A stretch of DNA of 25,013 bases from an uncultured Thermoplasmata archaeon (GTDB lineage: Archaea; Thermoplasmatota; Thermoplasmata; Halarchaeoplasmatales; Halarchaeoplasmataceae): positions 1 through 25,013 of the forward strand of contig CAYNQI010000015.1 in NCBI GenBank assembly GCA_964399335.1, read 5' to 3'. Below, piece after piece: positions 1 through 8,529 of this stretch. The stretch's first letter is position 1, and each line of letters begins with the position of its first letter. The translations under genes and the position numbers were made by a program. The notes beneath the pieces are model-generated. The model made no database searches. It was given only the letters and a program-made list of their open reading frames with translations, and was not told where the DNA came from.

Positions 1-171
1 GGGACTAAATTCGCAGTATTGAGTTCTTACGAAAAAATAAAGGATGAATTACTGGACAAGTATGGTGGTGGGAATCTAGAAGATTGCAGTGTTTGTGGTG
101 AACCAACCATAGAGGGAAAATGTAAAACATGTGAGATGTTGGATGCGCTGGATCTTGAAATTTCAGAATAA
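1..171 (+). CDS. 3' end (partial) of a TIGR00269/NcsA/TtuA/Ctu1-family tRNA 2-thiolation protein
   Basis: Frame 1 reads GTKFAVLSSYEKIKDELLDKYGGGNLEDCSVCGEPTIEGKCKTCEMLDALDLEISE*. The GTKF..L.SYEKI stretch followed by a C-terminal CxxC-GEPT-x-CxxC zinc finger is typical of this family. Not in the supplied ORF track because it is truncated at the window edge. Confidence 0.8.
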   Translation, partial: GTKFAVLSSYEKIKDELLDKYGGGNLEDCSVCGEPTIEGKCKTCEMLDALDLEISE

Positions 172-207
172 TTAAATACTTTGTGAACATTAAATAATTC
201 GGGAAAA

Positions 208-555
208 ATGATCTGGTGGATCCTAACAGCGGTAATGTTGATAATTCTTAACGTTCTTACTTTATTTGTTTTTAATAGTTACCAGGAAAAAACCAGTTCC
301 TATGCACCAGACCTTTTTTGGTTGATCATGCTTATTTTAGGTATAGTAATAGCTTATTCAATTTTTCATTTAGACAAGCTCAGTCAAAATGGATTATTTG
401 TGTTAGCTGGGTTCCATATCGGTTTTATTATCTCAGTTAGATTGATAATCGGCAAGGAGGCTGAAAGAGAGGTCGTTGGTGATATGACCGAGGATGAAAA
501 GATCGAATGGAGAGAATCTTCTTTCGATTATAAAGATACAAAGAAGTACAAATAA
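208..555 (+). CDS. Hypothetical membrane protein (about 3 TM helices, charged C-terminal tail)
   Basis: 115-aa ORF with three hydrophobic segments (WWILTAVMLIILNVLTLFVF; LFWLIMLILGIVIAYSIF; GLFVLAGFHIGFIISVRLII) and an acidic/basic tail. Confidence 0.7.
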   Translation: MIWWILTAVMLIILNVLTLFVFNSYQEKTSSYAPDLFWLIMLILGIVIAYSIFHLDKLSQNGLFVLAGFHIGFIISVRLIIGKEAEREVVGDMTEDEKIEWRESSFDYKDTKKYK

Positions 556-628
556 AGATAAAAACTCAATTTTTTCGATTGGAAAGATTTTTATTGGTTT
601 AATCATTACATAAATTAAGGGTGATATA

Positions 629-865
629 ATCTCCGGAAAGAGGAAGGAAACTTATAAGAAGGGAGACCAAGTCCATTTCATACTCACTGAAGACTTTGTA
701 GAGACTTATAACGAATTCATCGATTATTGTGATGAACACTCCATAAATGCTTCTAGTGCTATAAGAAAAGCAATTGAAGATTGGTTAGAGGATAAAAAAG
801 AAGAGTCAGACCGGTTGAATAGATTTAAAAAAACTGAATATTGGAAAAACAAGAAAAGAAAGTAG
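629..865 (+). CDS. Putative ribbon-helix-helix (CopG/Arc/MetJ-like) DNA-binding protein, 78 aa, apparent non-canonical ATC start
   Basis: Open frame from the stop at 611-613 to TAG at 863-865: (M)SGKRKETYKKGDQVHFILTEDFVETYNEFIDYCDEHSINASSAIRKAIEDWLEDKKEESDRLNRFKKTEYWKNKKRK. It shows the beta(VHFIL)-helix-turn(SIN)-helix(ASSAIRKAIEDWL) pattern. SD GGTGA at 620-624 lies 4 nt before ATC. A TATA-like TTTTTATT lies at about 588-595. Confidence 0.7.
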   Translation: MSGKRKETYKKGDQVHFILTEDFVETYNEFIDYCDEHSINASSAIRKAIEDWLEDKKEESDRLNRFKKTEYWKNKKRK

Positions 866-873
866 TTTATATC

Positions 874-1416
874 CTATAAATCCTTTAGATAATCAAGCAA
901 ACTATCCATAGCACGTCCCCTATGGCTTATTTTGTTTTTTTCTTTGGTCCACATCTCAGCGTATGTTTGTTCTCTGCCTTCAGGCCGAAATATCGGATCA
1001 TACCCGAAACCCTTTGTTCCGAGTTTTTTCTTTGTAATATATCCAAAAGATTCACCTTTGAATAGTTTCATTTCTTTCCCGATAAATCCGATAACACATT
1101 CAAATCTAGCTTTTCGGAGATCAATATTCTCTAAAAGTCTTAAAATACCGTCGCAACCCAAAGTTCTCATCACGTAAGAAGAGTAAACTCCAGGGAATCC
1201 TTTGAGCTTTTCAATGAATAAACCACTATCATCTATGATCAATGGTGCATGCTCCTTTAAATCATCTATAGCGTACTCCACTACATCCTCTAATTCATCC
1301 GCTTGTATTTCCGGATAATCAATGTTTAACATTTCAATTTCATAGTATTTACTCAGTTTATCCTTATATTCCTTGTACTTTCCTTCATTGGATGTTACAA
1401 CATTCAGAATTTTCAT
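874..1416 (-). CDS. rdgB: Non-canonical purine NTP pyrophosphatase (Ham1/RdgB, XTP/dITP diphosphatase)
   Basis: Motifs TSNxGK, PEIQ, DDSGL, GFPGVYS, GFGYDPIF and KNKISHRGRA. Confidence 0.95.
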   Translation of the reverse strand: MKILNVVTSNEGKYKEYKDKLSKYYEIEMLNIDYPEIQADELEDVVEYAIDDLKEHAPLIIDDSGLFIEKLKGFPGVYSSYVMRTLGCDGILRLLENIDLRKARFECVIGFIGKEMKLFKGESFGYITKKKLGTKGFGYDPIFRPEGREQTYAEMWTKEKNKISHRGRAMDSLLDYLKDL

Positions 1417-2075
1417 TGGTATCTACCTCTAGATTCGATCTTTTTCACCCTGTCTATAGTTTCTTCTGCCCCACTAAACACTTCTCTATATCCCTCTAAA
1501 ACTTCCTCATACAGTTTGAGAGGATCATCATGAACACTTATCAGTGCTTCTCTCATAAGATGAAGGTCGACTCCCATATCTTCGATAGAAGAATCTTGTT
1601 CACCCAGACTGAAATCTATGAAGCAAAAACTTTCACTTTCCGGTGAGAAAAGTATATTCGAAGTGGTAAGATCACCATGAGTCACACCTGCTTCGTGCAG
1701 TCTTCCGATATGTTTTCCGATAATTTTCAAATCGACTTGGTATCCTTCATTTATGGCATCCATCACTCTTGGCCCGTTGAAATACTGGATTATCATGGTT
1801 TTATCTTCAAGTCTCAGATCATATATGATCGGAACCGGCACTCCTGCACTTCTAGCCAAGACCATCAATTTAGATTCTTTCTTGATCCTGGATTTACGTA
1901 TACCATCGTCTAATTTAGGATGCCTGTAACCTTTCTTGACTCTCTTCTTGACCACAGCATCCCTACCGAACCAATCTACCCTCCATATCTCAGCTTCTGC
2001 TCCCCTGCTAAGTAGTTCTTTTACTTTGATATCTATGATAGGAGAATTCAGTTCTAGTGTTGGGTTTTCTTTCAT
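1413..2075 (-). CDS. bud32: KEOPS complex kinase/ATPase Bud32 (stand-alone)
   Basis: RGAEA G-loop, KKRVKKGYRHPKLD, HGDLTTSN catalytic loop, IDFSLG, C-terminal RGRY. Start reassigned from 2210 to the ATG at 2075 (220 aa) to avoid overlap with rph. Overlaps the rdgB start by 4 nt. Confidence 0.92.
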   Translation of the reverse strand: MKENPTLELNSPIIDIKVKELLSRGAEAEIWRVDWFGRDAVVKKRVKKGYRHPKLDDGIRKSRIKKESKLMVLARSAGVPVPIIYDLRLEDKTMIIQYFNGPRVMDAINEGYQVDLKIIGKHIGRLHEAGVTHGDLTTSNILFSPESESFCFIDFSLGEQDSSIEDMGVDLHLMREALISVHDDPLKLYEEVLEGYREVFSGAEETIDRVKKIESRGRYQ

Positions 2076-2166
2076 ATCTACCAAAAATAGTTTTTCAGAT
2101 ATAGAAGTTTTCCTTTTTGACCCAAGGTTTAAATCAGTGTACACAATTTTTTGGATAGGTGTATCC

Positions 2167-2883
2167 ATGGAAAAACAAGAACGAGAGAATGACCAGATAC
2201 GTGAAACCAAGATAACCCCGGATTATTTAGAAAATCCCACTGGTTCGGCTTTGATAGAGACTGGGAAAACCAAAGTGATATGTACTGCTATGGTTGAAGA
2301 AAGTCTACCCCCCTGGATCCAAAACAACGACGAGATGGAACAGGGATGGTTGACTGGAAGATACGGTATGCTGCCAGGAAGTGGTGAAAGCAGGATCAGA
2401 CGTGAGAGAAGAGGGGCTAAAGGCAGGACCAAGGAGATCCAGAGATTGATAGGAAGGGCCTTAAGGACCTGTTTAGACCTTAAAAAGTTAGGGCCTAGAA
2501 CTATCTGGATCGATTGTGATGTAATACAAGCTGATGGCGGCACTAGGACAGCATCGATCACGGGCAGCTGGGTAGCTTTAAGATTGGCGATAAATAAATT
2601 GATTGAAGATGGTTCCCTTGATGAAGATCCAATAATCAGACAGGTAGCAGCCACCAGTGTAGGTTTAGTAAAAAATGAAATTTTGTTAGATCTTGCTTAT
2701 AAAGAGGATTTTTCCGCCCAAGTAGACATGAATGTTGTGATGGATACTGATGGAAAATATGTTGAGATCCAGGCAACCGGTGAGGAGTCCGTTTTCACCA
2801 GAGAACAGCATGATAAGATGCTGGACTACGCGGAGAAAGGTATCAAGGAATTGATAAAAATCCAGAAAGAAGCTTTCAGTTGA
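2167..2883 (+). CDS. rph: Ribonuclease PH, bacterial type
   Basis: YGMLP, GRTKEIQRLIGRALR, IDCDVIQADGGTRTASITG and DMNVVM...VEIQATGE are bacterial RNase PH signatures. Start at ATG 2167 after AGGTGT; the track start at 1936 is over-extended. Confidence 0.92.
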   Translation: MEKQERENDQIRETKITPDYLENPTGSALIETGKTKVICTAMVEESLPPWIQNNDEMEQGWLTGRYGMLPGSGESRIRRERRGAKGRTKEIQRLIGRALRTCLDLKKLGPRTIWIDCDVIQADGGTRTASITGSWVALRLAINKLIEDGSLDEDPIIRQVAATSVGLVKNEILLDLAYKEDFSAQVDMNVVMDTDGKYVEIQATGEESVFTREQHDKMLDYAEKGIKELIKIQKEAFS

Positions 2884-2888
2884 TGTGT

Positions 2889-3779
2889 ATGCACAAGATG
2901 ATGAATCAGTTCGAAGGCATTTATCCTGCCGCCATTACTCCATTTGACAAAGATGAAAATCTCGATGAACCTAAACTTATCGATTTCTTAGATTTTCTCA
3001 TAGATGGAGGCATACACGGAATATACCTACTAGGAACGAACGGTGAAGCACCACTATTAGATATGAAAGAGAAAAAAAGGGTCATAGAATTAGCAGTGGA
3101 ACATATAGATGGTAAAATTCCGATAATCGCAGGAACGATGTGCAACAGCACTAAGAAGACAATCGAACTTTCAAGATGGGCTGAAGAGAAAGGAGCGGAT
3201 GGAGTGCATGTAATCGTCCCATACTACTTCCCATCCCCTCGTAAATCTTTAGTTAAACACTTTAAAGATATTGCCAAAGAGACCAGTTTGCCCATATTCA
3301 TCTACTCTATACCACAACGGACTGGAAATGATTTAGATATGGAAACTTTGAAAGAAATATCAAAGATCGATAATGTAGCTGCCCTGAAAGACAGCTCAGG
3401 AGACCTAGCCTTCTTTTACTCTGCTGTTGAAGAGATAAATGATCTTCAGTTCTTCGGTGGTAATGATTCATTGATCTATTCTTACCTCACAATGGGTGGA
3501 AGTGGTGCTGTAACTGCTGCTGGTAACGCTTTTCCAGAACTGGTTTCATCGATTTACGATCATTTCGTAAAAGGTGACCTCCAAAAGGCCAAGGAAGCAC
3601 AAGATAAAGTTCTTAGGATCAGTGATGCTATGAAAAAAGGCCCTTATCTATCCGGAGTGAAAGAAGCATTGAAATTGAGAGGGTTGGATTTTGGAGAAGT
3701 TAGAAAACCTTTAGAACCTTTCTCACAGGAAGAAATCACTTTATTGAAGAAAGAGTTGAATGAATTAGATTTATTGTGA
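2889..3779 (+). CDS. DapA/NAL-family class I aldolase (DHDPS/KDG-aldolase-like)
   Basis: GIYPAAITPF, GTNGE, YSIPQRTG (catalytic Tyr), LKDSSGD (Schiff-base Lys) and GAVTAAGN. Start uncertain (2883/2889/2898/2901). Confidence 0.88.
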   Translation: MHKMMNQFEGIYPAAITPFDKDENLDEPKLIDFLDFLIDGGIHGIYLLGTNGEAPLLDMKEKKRVIELAVEHIDGKIPIIAGTMCNSTKKTIELSRWAEEKGADGVHVIVPYYFPSPRKSLVKHFKDIAKETSLPIFIYSIPQRTGNDLDMETLKEISKIDNVAALKDSSGDLAFFYSAVEEINDLQFFGGNDSLIYSYLTMGGSGAVTAAGNAFPELVSSIYDHFVKGDLQKAKEAQDKVLRISDAMKKGPYLSGVKEALKLRGLDFGEVRKPLEPFSQEEITLLKKELNELDLL

Positions 3780-3789
3780 GGTGATGTAC

Positions 3790-4542
3790 GTGAGTAAAAA
3801 TGAAGATTTGGAGGGCAAAGCCGCAATAATCACAGGGGCTAGCTCGGGTATAGGTAAAGCGGTAGCTGAAAAGTTCGCTGAAGAAGGCTGCAACCTTGTA
3901 TTAGCTTCTAGGACTGAAACTAAATTGAACGATGTTAAAAGATCGATTCGATCCAAGACATCCGATATCAAAATATTGACCGTCCCCACGGATATCAGAG
4001 ATGAACAGCAGGTGAAAGAGATGGTCGAAAAGTGCGTTAATAAAATGGGACGGTTAGACATTCTAGTCAACAACGCTGGCATCATCAGGTATGGTCAGCT
4101 TGAGAACTTCTCTAGCGAAGATTTTGATGACGTCATGGAAACTAATGTTTACGGAACGTTTTATGCAACAAAAGCAGCTTTACCCCATTTAAAAAAGTCA
4201 AAAGGGAACCTGATCTTCATCGGAAGCTTTGATTCGAATCATCCCAGATCATTCAATCCTATTTACTGTTCGAGCAAATGGTGGGTCAAAGGTTTTGCTC
4301 ATAGTGTCGAATCTATCGTTGGAAAACATGAGGTTGCGGTCACTTTGATCAACCCCTCCGAAGTTAGAACTAAAATACCTGATGAAGCTGGACAAGCATA
4401 TAAAGAGAAATTTGACCAAGGAGAAGTCACAGAACCTGAAGAGATAGCTGAGGCAGTACTCTTTGCAGCAAAACAAAGTAAAACAACTACTTTGAGTCAG
4501 ATCGATATATACCGAAGGAATAAGTTGTCAGATTTCTTCTAA
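3790..4542 (+). CDS. Short-chain dehydrogenase/reductase (SDR)
   Basis: TGASSGIG Rossmann motif, NNAG, and catalytic YxxxK (YCSSK). GTG start at 3790 lies 5 nt after SD GAGGTGA. Confidence 0.92.
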   Translation: MSKNEDLEGKAAIITGASSGIGKAVAEKFAEEGCNLVLASRTETKLNDVKRSIRSKTSDIKILTVPTDIRDEQQVKEMVEKCVNKMGRLDILVNNAGIIRYGQLENFSSEDFDDVMETNVYGTFYATKAALPHLKKSKGNLIFIGSFDSNHPRSFNPIYCSSKWWVKGFAHSVESIVGKHEVAVTLINPSEVRTKIPDEAGQAYKEKFDQGEVTEPEEIAEAVLFAAKQSKTTTLSQIDIYRRNKLSDFF

Positions 4543-4543
4543 A

Positions 4544-6586
4544 TCACAGTTTGACTTTGATATACTTACCTTCATCCCTGATAAAATTAAAAAATGAATC
4601 GTAAACTGGATGTTCAGATAGAGTGGTTGAATCACCGATTATTATCAATTTTCTTTTAGCCCTGGTGATACTAACATTCAATCTTCTAAGATCTTTTAGA
4701 AATCCAATTTTTCCCGAGTCATTGCTTCTTGTCAATGATAAAATGATGGCCTCTTTTTCCCTACCTTGGAAACCATCAACAGTATCTACTTCTATATTTT
4801 CGTTTTCTATGTTTGACTTGATATTTTCTTTCTGATCATCATATGGTGTGATAACCCCAATATCAATTCCTGGCACCCCACATCCTACAAGTTCTTTTAC
4901 TATTTTCGTTACGAGTAAAGATTCACCGGGATTTTCTCTTGAATTAGACCCTTCTCTAGATCGTTCTTCCATATTTCCAAGTGTATCCATGAACACTAAC
5001 GGTTCTTTTGGGTCGATCACATCTGAAAACTTACCCCGAGGTGTTTTATTTAAGATGTCGTCTAATGTATGTTCCTTGACAGATTCATGTGCTTCGATCA
5101 GTCCATCATAGAATGCATCATCAGAAAAATGCATTATCTTTTCATTCATCCTGTACTGAACCTGTAACAGGGTTTTGATCTCAGGCCCGTACATTGCTAT
5201 CAATCGTTCGAACAAGGTATCGGCAAGTCCTTCCTCTTTAGCCTGCAAATTTTTGATGGTAGGTGGTAATTGTTTGTGATCTCCAGCCATGATGATCTTT
5301 TCCGCTTTGATTAAGGGAATCAAACATGAAGGTTCAGTTGCCTGGGTTGCTTCATCTATAACACATAAGTCAAATTCTTTTCCTTTTAATACTTCGCTTC
5401 CAGCCGATGAATTTGTAGTGCACACAACATCACAATTTGTGATTATTTCCTTGACAGCTTTATCTTCTAACCGGTCAACCTTTTCGAACAGTTTGTCGAT
5501 CTTCTCCTGGAGTTCCAATGACTTAGCCATCTCTTGGATCTTATCCTTTGGTACCCCACGAGAGCCCTTACCTTTCTGAGCTAGTGACTTTATAGCTTCG
5601 TTGCTCAACCCTCTTCTCCACCGACCGCTTGGATAAGTATACGTTTCCTGTTCCTCTTTGAATTCTAACGCTTGCTCCCTGAATTCGTCAGCCTTTTGGA
5701 AGTTTGAATTATCCTCTAATAGGTAATCTAAAGTATGGTCTCTTAAAAGGGGATTCACCCTTGCTGGATGCCCCACTCTAACAACGTTTCTACCTTTATT
5801 CACGAGATGTTCGACTAGATTGTCAACGGCTGTATTAGAATCTGCACAAGCCAAAACACTTCGAGGTTCATCTACAGCTTGTTCGATCACTTCTACACAA
5901 GTGATAGTTTTACCAGTGCCAGGTGGGCCATGTATCAGATGTATATCGTCGGATTCAAGTGCATTTTCAACAGCATTTTTTTGGCTTTCGTTCAATTCTT
6001 GATTGATAAAATAAATATTTTCGACATCGTTTCTTTCCAAGTCATTTTTTGTAAGAAGTTTACTCACCGTTTTTCTCTTTTTTCCCTTTAGACCAGGAAT
6101 AGAATTGACAGCATCGAACATACGTTGGTATGTTATATCGTTCACATAAAGGTCGACTCTCACTTTATCGAAAATCCAGTCTGGAGGTTTTTCCTCGAAG
6201 GCAGTCGTAAGTGAGTAACCAGTTTTCTCTATAACAGTTCCAGAAGGATTATCATCGGATAGTGGTTGACTTTTACTTACCCTGATAAGGTCTCCAACAC
6301 TTATCTCAGTTTCTGGCAACCCATCTCTTCTCACAAATTTTACGATATGTTTATTTCCTAAACCACTACCTTCATCCCTGGCTCTTGTATTCAATATAGC
6401 CCGACCTTTATTTTGCCTTTCATAACCACTCAAATACTTCATTTCGTTTTCGTGGAGTTTCATCTCTTCTTCTCTTTCTAACTCTACTAATCGGGTAAAA
6501 TGTTGAACGTACCTATCTTCAGAAAATTCTTTAAATTTAACCTTTTCAATATCCCCAGGTTCAACTATTGTAGTTTGTTTTTCCAT
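4544..6586 (-). CDS. IGHMBP2/DNA2-NAM7-family SF1 helicase (TIGR00376-like)
   Basis: LNESQ Q-motif, HGPPGTGKT, DEATQ, GDHKQLPP, QYRM, VDGFQGREKE and RRLNVSITRAK. SD GGTGA upstream. Confidence 0.92.
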   Translation of the reverse strand: MEKQTTIVEPGDIEKVKFKEFSEDRYVQHFTRLVELEREEEMKLHENEMKYLSGYERQNKGRAILNTRARDEGSGLGNKHIVKFVRRDGLPETEISVGDLIRVSKSQPLSDDNPSGTVIEKTGYSLTTAFEEKPPDWIFDKVRVDLYVNDITYQRMFDAVNSIPGLKGKKRKTVSKLLTKNDLERNDVENIYFINQELNESQKNAVENALESDDIHLIHGPPGTGKTITCVEVIEQAVDEPRSVLACADSNTAVDNLVEHLVNKGRNVVRVGHPARVNPLLRDHTLDYLLEDNSNFQKADEFREQALEFKEEQETYTYPSGRWRRGLSNEAIKSLAQKGKGSRGVPKDKIQEMAKSLELQEKIDKLFEKVDRLEDKAVKEIITNCDVVCTTNSSAGSEVLKGKEFDLCVIDEATQATEPSCLIPLIKAEKIIMAGDHKQLPPTIKNLQAKEEGLADTLFERLIAMYGPEIKTLLQVQYRMNEKIMHFSDDAFYDGLIEAHESVKEHTLDDILNKTPRGKFSDVIDPKEPLVFMDTLGNMEERSREGSNSRENPGESLLVTKIVKELVGCGVPGIDIGVITPYDDQKENIKSNIENENIEVDTVDGFQGREKEAIILSLTRSNDSGKIGFLKDLRRLNVSITRAKRKLIIIGDSTTLSEHPVYDSFFNFIRDEGKYIKVKL

Positions 6587-6626
6587 AAAAAATCACCAGA
6601 AAATAAAAAATAAAAAGTTTGTTTTT
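6587..6626 (-). terminator. Oligo-T-rich stretch after pcn (possible archaeal terminator; also carries the helicase SD)
   Basis: The minus strand reads ...CTTTTTATTTTTTATTTTCTGGTGATTTTTT-ATG immediately after the PCNA stop. Confidence 0.4.
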
Positions 6627-7364
6627 CTATGAGCTTTCTATCCTTGGTGCTAATAAGTAGACCACTTTTCCGTCACCATCAGCGAATTCAAAACGCATCT
6701 TAACTGGATAATCTGCACCTAATTCCATATTAATTGGTGTATTACTTCCTACACATTTTATCATGCTTGAGAAGTAATCCAAAGCAAATAAAGATCTAAC
6801 CTTTTCATTAGCTTCGATTTTATCTAATTCATCGGCCTCAAGTTTTAATCTTACCATATCCTCATCTTCTTCAGATAAAATTTCAAAACCGTCAGGACCA
6901 GCTATGATAGATATATGATCAGATATGTTTTGAGATGCTTTGATACCTTTTAGTAGATGTTTTCCTTTGAGTGTTAAGTTAATAGGTAAATCCAACTGTG
7001 GTACGTTTGGATCGGTCATCCCGGCGGTATCCAATAATGGCATCTTTTGGGTGATATTATCTACATCCATAATTAGTCTATTTTCATCTTCATTATGGGT
7101 AATAGTTACAATATCACCTGAACCGGCTAGTTTGAGGAATTGATCAATTTTTGAAAGATTCAATCCCAATTCAGTTTCTTCGGCTTCGAAATTTTCGAAA
7201 GCATCCTTACTTAGGTTCAAATCGACCATTGCAACGTGTGCAGGATCAACCGCCTTTAAAGAAACTCCTTCTTTATCTAAATTTAGTTTTACTTCATCCA
7301 CTATCGTTCCAACTATTTCAATCAAGTCTTTCAATATCTCTGATTTGATTTCAGCGTTTAACAT
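6627..7364 (-). CDS. pcn: DNA polymerase sliding clamp PCNA
   Basis: AVDPAHVAMVDL, LGLNL, FALDYF, YPVKM and C-terminal YLLAPRIE; 245 aa. Confidence 0.97.
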   Translation of the reverse strand: MLNAEIKSEILKDLIEIVGTIVDEVKLNLDKEGVSLKAVDPAHVAMVDLNLSKDAFENFEAEETELGLNLSKIDQFLKLAGSGDIVTITHNEDENRLIMDVDNITQKMPLLDTAGMTDPNVPQLDLPINLTLKGKHLLKGIKASQNISDHISIIAGPDGFEILSEEDEDMVRLKLEADELDKIEANEKVRSLFALDYFSSMIKCVGSNTPINMELGADYPVKMRFEFADGDGKVVYLLAPRIESS

Positions 7365-7508
7365 GGTAGTCCCCTTAGGAGAAAGAGTATTTCATCTCGG
7401 CATATAAGGATTATGGTTGTAAAATATAGTTTTATTAAAAGAAATATGTTTCAATTATGATATGTATGGTAAAGGTTTATAGGTAATAAATCGAATTATA
7501 ATATTGTT

Positions 7509-8513
7509 ATGGACTTAGATATGGATATGGACTTAAGATGGGGTGACCTACATGCCCCAAATAAACGATATTCTAATTATGGTGATATCCATAATGTTTT
7601 CCATAATCTTAATAATGCTCCTCTTAATCAATATCAAAGAACAGTAGTCCTAAAAAATGGGATCTACATAGAGAGAGGTATAAGGAAAAAGTACGGGAAT
7701 AAAACAAGTTTTATCGATAAAATAAAAAGATATTTTAACCCATATATAGACAAAGCCTTTGGCTGTCTTAAACAGAGAATTTCACCTCCCTCTGGTGAAG
7801 TGATTGAAGATGTGACTAAATCTTATGTTTTAAACACAACTGAGGATGACTTCGAATACTTTGATGATACTTTAAAAGCGTATTATAGTGATGAACCCGA
7901 TACTGTATATGCGGTGTGTTATTCTTTAAAACGTAGTCCCGTTCAAGACCTTAAAGAATCGGCAGTGATTTTAAGGCAGAGCTATTTAAAAGATAGTATC
8001 AACAAACTAGTAAGGAAAGATATAGGTTCGGGGGTAACTCATCTGATGATGACATCAGAAGGTGAAAAAAAGACCTCGAGGGCTTTAGAAGAAGCTTACA
8101 AGACCTCAAAATTCGCTTGTAAAAATATACCTTTTGATAGTTACTGGTTGGTTAGTCCAGTGTCCTATAATATAATGTTGAAAGATCATATTTGGTATGA
8201 TTGCCTAAGGAAGAGGGAGTTATACAAAATAATCAAAGCTATAGCGTCACTCGATCACAAATTAGACTATTGGGATAAAAAACATTTGAACGGATATGTT
8301 GGGGCTGGTAAGGTACTTGATAATTTTGGAAAGTTTGCCCGGGATAATTATGATAGCCCAAAAAATATGGAATTCATGCTTGACATGACAAAGATATACC
8401 CTGAAAAGGCAGATGAAATCGCTGAGGATATTTACGAAGAACTTTCACATAAAAAGTTAAATTATTTATCCTTTGAAAAAAAGGCAGAGGCTATTGTTCA
8501 GAGTCATATGTAA
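7509..8513 (+). CDS. Hypothetical protein (no family recognised)
   Basis: 334-aa uninterrupted ORF filling the gap between pcn and rfcS. TTTATA lies about 26 nt upstream of the ATG. Confidence 0.7.
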   Translation: MDLDMDMDLRWGDLHAPNKRYSNYGDIHNVFHNLNNAPLNQYQRTVVLKNGIYIERGIRKKYGNKTSFIDKIKRYFNPYIDKAFGCLKQRISPPSGEVIEDVTKSYVLNTTEDDFEYFDDTLKAYYSDEPDTVYAVCYSLKRSPVQDLKESAVILRQSYLKDSINKLVRKDIGSGVTHLMMTSEGEKKTSRALEEAYKTSKFACKNIPFDSYWLVSPVSYNIMLKDHIWYDCLRKRELYKIIKAIASLDHKLDYWDKKHLNGYVGAGKVLDNFGKFARDNYDSPKNMEFMLDMTKIYPEKADEIAEDIYEELSHKKLNYLSFEKKAEAIVQSHM

Positions 8514-8529
8514 TGGCCTTTGTAGTCGT

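Noticed and set aside
1936-2210. Apparent long overlap of the bud32 (to 2210) and rph (from 1936) ORFs
   Set aside because: These are ORF-caller extensions. Family homology and SD positions put the starts at 2075 and 2167, leaving a 91-bp divergent intergenic region.
4516-4542. SDR C-terminus RNKLSDFF resembles a PCNA-binding PIP box, and pcn is nearby
   Set aside because: It lacks the PIP Gln, and similar RRxK...F tails appear in related archaeal SDRs as I recall them. There is no rationale for PCNA binding, so it is probably coincidental.
7509-7541. Micro-repeat ATGGACTTA/GATATG at the ORFan start (MDLDMDMDL)
   Set aside because: It is too short to be a functional repeat or insertion scar. 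It only makes the start codon ambiguous.
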